Part shown: one piece after another, positions 26,193 to 35,155 of the stretch
Layout: each line of letters begins with the position of its first letter
Numbering within the stretch: position 1 is the stretch's first letter
Assembly (NCBI GenBank): GCA_973895155.1
Contig: OZ316896.1
Coordinates: forward strand, 16,120,576 to 16,184,575
Length of the DNA stretch: 64,000 bases
Origin: Marsupella aquatica
Lineage: Eukaryota > Plantae > Marchantiophyta
Direction of reading: 5' to 3'
Made by a program: the position numbers and the translations under genes
The notes under the pieces: generated by a model
What the model was told of the DNA's origin: nothing
Seen by the model: only the letters and a program-made list of their open reading frames with translations
Databases searched by the model: none

Positions 26193-26821
26193 ATCTTTTC
26201 CTTTTTTGTTTTGGACCTCCCTTGTTGCACACTTGAAGCTTCCAAGCTGTTCCTCTTGGTTCCATTGCTTGTGCCACCCCCTATTTATCAAACACTATTT
26301 TGCACATACAATAAGAGACCCCCTATTTATCAAACACTATTTTGCACATACAATAAGAGAATTGGTTGTGCCAACCCCTACCTAGAAAACTTTTGATTTT
26401 GCAGATACAATAAGCAAAAATTTAAATTTTTAGGGGCTCCGCCCCAAAATCCAACACAACACATCAATTCTAAAAATGTCTCCCATGGGCCGCCCCGCCG
26501 CCCACCGCTGGCCAATATCTTCCAAGCTGTTCCTCCTCTGTCCAGTGTCATATTCTCACCCGGGTGGATGGTCTCTGGTGGAAAAGGAAAAATGCCACCT
26601 TGGTTGGGGGGGGGCGATTATTGTAGAAATTTGTGGGTTGCAACAAGGGAGGCCAAGCAAGTGGGGTATAAAGCCCAATAACACAAAGGAATAAAATGGG
26701 TGGGAGTCTGGTGCAAATAGAGTCTTTTGGGCAGGGAGGGGAGGTCGGGGTGCAGTGGGCAAGGAAGGAGGGAGCGGCGAGGTGTAAGGAATATAATGAG
26801 TAGAGTGAGCACCCATGGACG

Positions 26822-26940
26822 TGATGCGGTCATACCAGGGCTACTACACCAGATCCCATCAGAACTCTGCAGTTAAGCGCCTTTGGGCCGGAATAGTACT
26901 GGGATGGGTGACCTCCCGGGAAGTCCCGGTGCCGCATCCA
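26822..26940 (+). rRNA. 5S rRNA: 5S rRNA, copy 36
   Basis: Same sequence as copy 1. Confidence 0.97.
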
Positions 26941-27569
26941 ATCTTTTCCTTTTTTGTTTTGGACCTCCCTTGTTGCACACTTGAAGCTTCCAAGCTGTTC
27001 CTCTTGGTTCCATTGCTTGTGCCACCCCCTATTTATCAAACACTATTTTGCACATACAATAAGAGACCCCCTATTTATCAAACACTATTTTGCACATACA
27101 ATAAGAGAATTGGTTGTGCCAACCCCTACCTAGAAAACTTTTGATTTTGCAGATACAATAAGCAAAAATTTAAATTTTTAGGGGCTCCGCCCCAAAATCC
27201 AACACAACACATCAATTCTAAAAATGTCTCCCATGGGCCGCCCCGCCGCCCACCGCTGGCCAATATCTTCCAAGCTGTTCCTCCTCTGTCCAGTGTCATA
27301 TTCTCACCCGGGTGGATGGTCTCTGGTGGAAAAGGAAAAATGCCACCTTGGTTGGGGGGGGGCGATTATTGTAGAAATTTGTGGGTTGCAACAAGGGAGG
27401 CCAAGCAAGTGGGGTATAAAGCCCAATAACACAAAGGAATAAAATGGGTGGGAGTCTGGTGCAAATAGAGTCTTTTGGGCAGGGAGGGGAGGTCGGGGTG
27501 CAGTGGGCAAGGAAGGAGGGAGCGGCGAGGTGTAAGGAATATAATGAGTAGAGTGAGCACCCATGGACG

Positions 27570-27688
27570 TGATGCGGTCATACCAGGGCTACTACACCAG
27601 ATCCCATCAGAACTCTGCAGTTAAGCGCCTTTGGGCCGGAATAGTACTGGGATGGGTGACCTCCCGGGAAGTCCCGGTGCCGCATCCA
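27570..27688 (+). rRNA. 5S rRNA: 5S rRNA, copy 37 (last in array)
   Basis: Same sequence as copy 1. Confidence 0.97.
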
Positions 27689-27967
27689 ATCTTTTCCTTT
27701 TTTGTTTTGGACCTCCCTTGTTGCACACTTGAAGCTTCCAAGCTGTTCCTCTTGGTTCCATTGCTTGTGCCACCCCCTATTTATCAAACACTATTTTGCA
27801 CATACAATAAGAGACCCCCTATTTATCAAACACTATTTTGCACATACAATAAGAGAATTGGTTGTGCCAACCCCTACCTAGAAAACTTTTGATTTTGCAG
27901 ATACAATAAGCAAAAATTTAAATTTTTAGGGGCTCCGCCCCAAAATCCAACACAACACATCAATTCT

Positions 27968-28178
27968 AAAAATGTCTCCCATGGGCCGCCCCGCCGCCCA
28001 CCGCTGGCCAATGGGCACTATTTCCGTGTGCGCCCTTGCTTGGAGTCTCTGTCCCTGCGGGGAAGCCGTGAGGACGCGATTGGGGCGGTCACCCATCCTG
28101 TGGGTGAGTCCTGGTCTGGGTGCTTAACGATGGAGTTTGTATGTGGACTGTGGTGGGCAGATTACTTATCCGGTTCTG
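27968..28178 (-). ncRNA. Candidate 5S-promoter-derived Pol III RNA (SINE3/Cassandra-like head, or a divergent inverted 5S pseudogene)
   Basis: Minus strand AACTC-N4-GTTAAGC-N23-GGATGGGTGACCGCCC matches 5S boxes A and C at identical spacing; first T5 run at 27972-27968; several stems; ends are inferred. Confidence 0.55.
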
Positions 28179-28688
28179 TTTAAATTTGTTGGGTGTTGTT
28201 ATATGTAAAAGTTGGTATATGTGGAGGATGTACATTCCGATGATAGGGCCTTTTCCTTGTGTGACGGTTAACGGGAGATTCTTTAAGGGGTTTGGTTGTC
28301 AGGATGAATCGGTGTGGAATGTGTGTGTGAGCTTATTTGTTTGGAGTTTTACTTGAGGGTTTTCTTTGAATGTGGGAGTTGTTTTGAAGTGAATGTGTTT
28401 TCCTATTCTGCTAGGATTTACACTTTAAACGTTGCCCATTGTGCATTTGAATCTGGATGGAGTAGGGTTATCCGGTCTGCCCGAGCTGGTTTCTTTCACG
28501 ACCTCTGTTTGTGTCGTTTGTTAGATTGGATCCTCAGAGTGTTCTCCGTCATTTTCCCGACTTTGCTAGTATGGCCTTATTCAGTGAATTTCATTTGTGG
28601 CTTCCTTCTTCGGAACCCTGTGTTGTGTATACTACTTTTAAGAATAGTGGTAGAATTAGGCTGAAAGGAAACTTGATGGGAGACAGAC

Positions 28689-29658
28689 AATAGTAGTCTC
28701 TATGATGAGTTTCGCATTGACCATTTCCGAGGACTCGCAGGATACTGGGCTATGAAAGCAGGTGAAGAAACGGGTCTAAATGGAACTTGGAAGGTTGGTC
28801 CAAGACAAGCCTTCTTTGACGCCGTCCAGAAGGCTGTTGGGAAGATAGACATCATTGCAGAGGATTTGGGTGTCATAACATCAGATGTTGTGGAATTGAG
28901 GAAGGCCATTAAAGCTCCTGGGATGGCGGTACTTCAATTTGCGTTTGGAAGTGATCCACAAAATCCACATCTGCCACACAACCATGAGATTGAACAAGTT
29001 GTATATCCGGGGACCCATGACAATGATACGGTGCGAGGCTGGTGGTTGAAGCTACCGGAGGATGAAAAGGAGACTGTGCGAGCATATCTTCGATTAAAGG
29101 GTACTGAGCAAGACATTTCATGGGATTTTATAAGGGCAACTTTTAGTTCAGTGGCACGCACAGCCATTATTCCCATGCAGGATGTACTGAGTCTGGACAA
29201 CTCTGCTCGAATGAACACCCCAGCCGTGCAGGCTGGCAATTGGGGTTGGAGAGTGGGCGAATCTGGTGTGTTTACAAAGCTTGACAAAGAAAGAGATCAA
29301 TTGCGAGCTTTGCTTAAGTAGTACAATCGGATGCCACGGAGGACTTACTGCCCTATATAGACCTGTGGTGCAAAATGAGTCGTTAATAATAGTTTCTGAC
29401 CACAAGGCTAAGGAAAATTTTGATTGATTTGTTCTGGAGTTCAATTCTTCTGAAGAAGGGCATGACTTTCACCAATGAAGATGTACACGGCTCCGAATTG
29501 ACTTCAGCTAGTGACTTCCAGAGCTTGTAGAGAAATTTTGAAATGTATACAGATTTATTTCACTGCTCATTAAGAGAGGCAATAATGTACTGTCCATGGT
29601 AGTCAAATGAAAAAAATAAAAATAAAAATAAAAATAAAATAAAAAATAGTAGTCTCTA
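28689..29658 (+). pseudogene. DPE1: 5'-truncated processed pseudogene of 4-alpha-glucanotransferase (disproportionating enzyme, GH77); coding remnant ~28698-29321
   Basis: LYDEFRIDHFRG, IIAEDLG, YPGTHDNDT, IIPMQDVL, RMNTP and NWGWR motifs with no introns; in-frame TGA at 28674 and no N-terminal half; (AAAAAT)n tail 29610-29646; AATAGTAGTCTCTA at 28689-28702 and 29645-29658. Confidence 0.9.
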
Positions 29659-31770
29659 GTAGCACTTGAAAAAGGTGGTGCTAAATGTGGAAGTGAAATC
29701 CAGAAAATTGTTAACATGTGCCATTTGGATTTGTTACCAGGAGTGAAGTTATGTGTTTGAAAACTTGACGAAACAACAGCAGTAGCATGTGTACTATGAT
29801 TCCTTTGCGTTTGCTTGCATTGCGCTGTACACCGAGCTAATGAAAGACCCGTGGAAGGCTTTATTCTTCAGGCGCTTGGACTCTGATTTTGTTTGGATGT
29901 AATTTCACGGAACAGCACCGATGATACTGTGTTGCATTTTGACAGCAGGACTTGTCAGTGGTGGGTAGCATGGCTTTTTCTTGTGCTCCTGTGTTTCATG
30001 CTAATCGCGTGGACATCTTTTGAAGTTTTTCCACATGGTTATGAATATTGGAAACTTATATTTTCGTTTCGTAAAATATGTGTGGTCAAGTTGCAGAAGG
30101 GGCGCGGACTCTGCGGTCAGTTTTTGGAAAAAAATTCAGTTTCACATTGCAGTGCCTTTTTAAGAACATCTCTTGCAGTAGAAGCTTTGTGTACGATAGC
30201 ACAATTTGATCTTCTCTGCACTTTCAGGTTATTGTGTACGATTGCCAGAATACCCAGTGGCATATATGTCAGGTCTTTTAATCTTGGACAAGTGTTCATA
30301 CATTATTAGTGAGTTTGTTTGTGCTACTGTGGCTTTCGCTGCGCTCTCTGCATGCATCGCCATATCCGAGACAAGTTTACTAAGGAATATGTTGTCGTTC
30401 TGTTGGATGTTGACTTTTGCAGGTCTGTGAATTTGAAGTTCATCCCTGAACAAATATTTGTATCTAAACAGGTTTGTGATGATGTCTCTGTTGATGCATC
30501 TGGGACTACTTTTCCTGTTTGCTAAATACAAGTGGTGCAAGTTAGTAATGTGTTTCTCAGTGTTCAATCAATTATTCGTCTCTCATAATCAAACTCTAAT
30601 ATTCATGCCAATGAAGTCATGGACGGACTTTATTCTTTCGTAAGTGGAATCTTACAGAGGGTTCTTCTTTAAAACACGATGGGGGGACTATTCAAAACAT
30701 TGGTTTTTTTCTTTTGAATTTCCTTTCCATTCGGTGGTTCCACTCCTGCATAGTGTTCTTAAAGGTAGCTATAATAGTTATCTTTTGTTGTCCACCAGTG
30801 CAATGATATTTCCCTGCGGAGTTTTCCCCTCCCTTCTTGCACCTATTGCCCTGTATTGCTTTTTTGGATGGGATATATTTAAGTTTTTTTGCCCTTACAT
30901 TACTACTCAAAACAGTTTATATATTTTATGTTTTTAAATGGATGTCCACTATTTGAGATTTTGAAGGGTACTTTCCAATTATGACGTCCATCTCATAGCT
31001 GAAGTACAATCAGAATCAAATTAAATTTCAAGTCAAGCATCGAAGGAATCACATGCAAATTGACAATCAATATTCTCCAATCCAGGCATGACCTTCAAAG
31101 TATTCAGGAGTTCGTTTTATAAGGTAATTTGGGAGAAAACTAATGGACAGGGGTAACAGTGCATTGAGCGGGAAGACTTTGTTCTCTGGTAAATCAGGTG
31201 TGGCTATTAAAGGCTTTGACGGTCTTTAATTCAATGCCATTCAACATCCAATTCCTCAGGTCACTTCGCTACATATATCGTACAGTACATTCAATTGGAA
31301 AAACACATCCATTTCTTGAAGTACTCTAGTTAAATGTTAAACTGTTGACTTCTGTAGAAAGTGTTCACTGAACTTGAAGTGCGCACTGTGCAACTTTTAT
31401 TCAGAAGTGCAGTGATGCTCCAGTCTGCTTGAGAAGATCTTGATAGTCATCACTGCATGAACATTCAACTTCATTAACACATAGAGGATAGTAAGTACGA
31501 GGATACAATCAACCAATCAGTCTTGCTTGTAAACCTTCACGGCATCTGAACCAACAACGTCCTAGATCAACACCTTAATTAATTGGTCAGTTTGGTGAAA
31601 ATGTTTAGGGCCATTTCGCAGAGAATTGAACTGTGTGTTTTGTTCAGTCGAGAGTAGTTCATTGGCGGGTGTACAAGCAGATTCTCAGTAGAGTTCTTAC
31701 AGTGCATCGGCATCAAGAACTACTCTTGACACAGAAAAGAATTTACGCTGCCGTAATGCGCTATTTCGCG

Positions 31771-31938
31771 TTACCTCCTGCATCTCAACTCAAACTAGCA
31801 ACGACTTGCGATAGCATTTGCTTTCATTGGAGCTCAAGACTTGTAAAACTGTCCTTACCTCCTGCATCTCAACTCAAACTAGCAACGACTTGCGATAGCC
31901 TTTGCTTTCATTGGAGCTCAAGACTTGTAAAACTGTCC
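31771..31938. repeat. Tandem duplication, 2 x 84 bp
   Basis: TTACCTCCTGCATCTC...GTAAAACTGTCC twice, one mismatch seen. Confidence 0.95.
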
Positions 31939-32001
31939 TCTTATGAAAAGTCTGCAACGCGAAACGCGCCACCATATCATTTCCTACATAGACACAAAGT
32001 G

Positions 32002-32206
32002 AAGTCAGTAGTGATCTCTGGACATCCTCGATCCAGTTCCAAAGCCGGCCAGGGCTTAGTTTAGACCCATCGAGAAACAAAAAATTCACAAACAAAGTCA
32101 GTAGTGACCTCTGGACATCCTCGATCCAGTCCAAAGCCGGCCGGCGCTCAATTTCAACCCGCCGAGAAACAAAAAACTCACAAACAAAGTCAGTAGTGAC
32201 CTCTGG
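32002..32206. repeat. Tandem repeat, ~2.2 x 92-93 bp
   Basis: AAGTCAGTAGTGA(T/C)CTCTGG at 32002, 32095 and 32187. Confidence 0.9.
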
Positions 32207-32380
32207 TCATCGTTGTTATTTTGAGCAGGATCTGAACATCGATTGTGGATGTAAGCCCGATCAGAACGCTGTTCAACTTTAAAGACTTCTGTTAACCTTT
32301 CGAGGCAAAAGCAGACTGATTATAACTGCCATCTACTTGGAGACAGTGTAAAATTCTCACACTTAGAGAACCTACACTCT

Positions 32381-35155
32381 TTTTTTTCCAAACAGGAAAA
32401 GGGGACGAGCGCCACCCGGGGAAGGAGTAAACTCACAGCCGGCCCCAACCACCAAACCACCGCCCAGATCAGGCCATGGAATTTTGAATCACCAATTGGC
32501 AGCCCTCTCAAATTCCAGAGGCCGGTTCTCCTACTCTTCCTATGTCTATACTGCCTTTGCTTGTAGCCTAACCAAGCAGAGTTATCATCCGTAACGTGCT
32601 GCTGCACCCTAGACCCACACTCATCCTGATGCTGAAACACGAAGGTGTAGTTCCTCATATTTCTATAGTCTTCAATTCCCTGCAGCTGCCCATGCATGGT
32701 GGCCCCGTGACCCTTCCATCGTCATCATGGTTGGCGCTACAAGAGATAGGACTGTCAGTCTGCTCCCAAGGAAGCAGCACCACCTTCAGTTGTTCAAGCG
32801 CAGCGTGCAACTGATGATTGCCAGGAATTGTACGTCCAGCTGAATTGTACGTCCAGGATGGATTTTACGTGGGATTCTGTTTGTCTGAGAGCCACCCATC
32901 AGGGGAGTCTCCCAAGAAAGTGTGAGTAGGTGGCAGGGTTTTTCTCCTTCCAGATGTTGGAGCACATTTATATAAACCCTAAACCCTAAGCACATTTACA
33001 TCAGAAAAGTCAGAGTCCCGGTTTCTGCTTGTGTTTGAGGATAGCCCTTTCCCCTCTTTTACTCCCCTTCATTGGGTTCATTTGCTTTGGGATTCCCAGT
33101 TTGGCCTTCTTTTTTCCCTTGGGCAGTGTGATATATGATAGCACCTGTGATAGATGGCCTCATACAGAAGAAGGGTAGGGTGACGAGAGGGCAGGGAGCC
33201 TTGCTCAAGCTGCTACACCTCTCTCCATGTAGCCGTCACTTCACTAGAACTTTATTACAACTAAAACATAGGTGTTCAGTATGCTCAAAGCAAGATTTGG
33301 ACTTCACTAGAACTTTATTATAACTAAAAAATAGGTGTTCGGTTTGCTAAAAGCAACAATTGCACCGTGACTAAATCCTGTCACATTGCCCCTACCATTA
33401 GTGCAGAAACTATGACTTAGTAGTTGCCACAAAAAGAACCTAGTCTCACCTTAGGCAACTACCAGCCTCCCCATAGTTTCTTCCACAGTTGGTTCCAGCC
33501 CTTAGGGCTTTGCTCAATTGCCCCCATCTTCTGTTTAGCTTGGTACCATCTTTACCCAATGGCAAGGTGCAGTTAACCTACAATCTATTGAGAAATTTCC
33601 CCTTATTCCGTCCTTTCCAATCTCATGCCACCCTTCACACTCCTGAACTTGACAGTCATTGAGATCCTAAAATTGCTTCAGCTAGAATCTGGTAAATTCC
33701 AGCCTTGTTTGTATGTTGCTCCTAACCCATTGACGAATGTCCTCCTCTGCGAGCCAGCCATCCCGTGTAGACCACAGGTTAGTGATCTTTGTAATTCGAG
33801 GGTTTGCCATGAACCGTCTCAGTGCCATCCCCTCTTGGTCATCCACCTAATTGTTCCTAGAGTAAAGTAGTACAGTCTGTTCAATGGTGAGGTTAGAAGG
33901 GAGGTTACCCATGAGCTTACAGATTCCGAAGTTGAATCTCAGGCACTGGCTCTTATTCGACCAACCCCTCAATAGGCCTCCCAGGGTGGGGGATCCTTTA
34001 ATGACCAGCTTGTCGCTAAGTAGCAACACCTCAGTTGGAGACCACCAATGTATTTCTTTTTTCCAGGTCCCGCCCTCAGTCCCTTTTTGATGAGTTCTTG
34101 TGCCATCTTCACCCACTCACAATTCTATCCAATGATCCAATGTGTCTCATCTTCAGCGATTGTGCTTGCTTACCAACGGGAAGAATCCCCAGACCACCAA
34201 CTCCTTTTGGGGCAGCAGTCCTGCCAAGCAATTAAAGCTTGTTTGTGGCCCTTAGAGGGCAAATGTCCCCTTAGGAACCTTCTCATAACTTCTCAAGCTC
34301 CAGGTATCCGGTCTGGTGGAGCTCAAGCAACAGTAAATGGTAGGTGGGAATGGCTCGCAGAACATGTTTCAGCAGGATGGCCCTCCCTGTCACAGCGAGG
34401 CTCCTCTTAGACCAGTGGCATAGCTGCTTTCTCAGTAGTACCAACTAGACAGCCAGCTTCGTGAGAAGGATGAACCTTATATATATGATTGGCCGGGCAT
34501 CCCGGATAATTGGAAATCTGTCTTGCTTCCACAATACGACATCTATCCGGCCTCCTGCATCCACCTAGGGTAATCCCTGTCCTCCAAAAAGAGAGGACTG
34601 ATCTTGCCCGTCTTCCAGATTCTTCTTGATGAGGGCCATCAGAAGTTGGGTTGTAAAGAGGGAAAATGAGAGAAGAGAGAGGGCAGCCTTGTTTCACCCC
34701 CTACCCAATCGAATGGGCTGCGTGAATCTTTTGTTGATGTGCACTTTTATATTAGTGTATGTCTCCCACCAGCCTTATGACCAGGGTAATCACTTAGTTT
34801 GTTGTCAAAGTCCATTGCTTTCAAGACTGCCCATAGAAACGAGTGTGCTATATATCCAATAATATGCTTTTGTGAATACCAACTTCAAAAAAATGAGTTG
34901 TTCCTTGTTAAGTTTTGCTGGCTCTTGTCCCAACTTGAATGTCATCAAGTTGTCCAGTACTTATCTCCTTTCCAGAAATGTAATTTTCTGGTGGTCTACC
35001 TTCTTAATACGATTGGCTAAAATCCTACCAATTAACTTCTCAGTCAGTGTAAGCAGTCAATGTAAGTCAGTCTGTGGTCGCCAATTACTGAGGTCCGGGC
35101 TGAGGTCCAGTACCTCCTGATTCTTTGGTACCAACTTCATTACTCCGGCCAATTT
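32381..35155 (-). mobile_element. Decayed, 5'-truncated L1-type LINE (RT plus C-terminal zinc-binding region, many stops and frameshifts)
   Basis: Minus-strand GVMKLVPK..NWRP, KLIGRILANRIK, KLGQE..FLKLVFTKAY, KQGCPLSSLIF, TEHLFF; T8 at 32380-32387; candidate TSD GAG(A/T)ACCTACACT at 32366 and 35156. Confidence 0.8.
33238..33355. repeat. Degenerate tandem duplication, ~63-bp period, inside the LINE
   Basis: ACTTCACTAGAACTTTATTA(C/T)AACTAAAA at 33238 and 33301. Confidence 0.9.

Larger units (their letters stand above)
1..28012 (+). repeat. Tandem 5S rDNA array, 748/749-bp unit (119-nt gene + ~629-bp spacer), 37 complete genes; continues beyond window start
   Basis: Strict 748/749-bp periodicity in the sequence and ORF track; 1-9 is the 3' end of a further 5S gene; identity to the unit stops after ...CTGGCCAAT at 28012. 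Confidence 0.99.

Noticed and set aside
28-27892. Repeating 61-109 aa ORFs in the array
   Set aside because: They overlap the 5S gene and spacer, shift frame with the G-run length and show no protein-family motif; they are by-products of the repeat.
1-28012. CRISPR-like or satellite interpretation of the array
   Set aside because: The spacers are identical rather than unique, the unit contains a full 5S gene, the context is eukaryotic and there are no cas genes.
27968-28178. Telomerase RNA, SRP, U3 or RNase MRP identity for the inverted element
   Set aside because: I saw no CCCTAAA-type template or recognisable signature motifs of these RNAs, and the promoter is 5S-type.
28752-29321. Functional 189-aa DPE1 gene, or last exon of a gene interrupted by the 5S array
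   Set aside because: Homology starts upstream of the ATG exactly at a TSD, an A-rich tail and second TSD follow, and there is no polypyrimidine splice acceptor.
29836-29890. Possible C/D snoRNA (ATGAAAGA...CTGA)
   Set aside because: Box C is non-canonical and the span is under 50 nt.
32974-32989. Telomere-like AAACCCTAAACCCTAA
   Set aside because: Only about two units, inside a decayed LINE; too short to call interstitial telomeric sequence.
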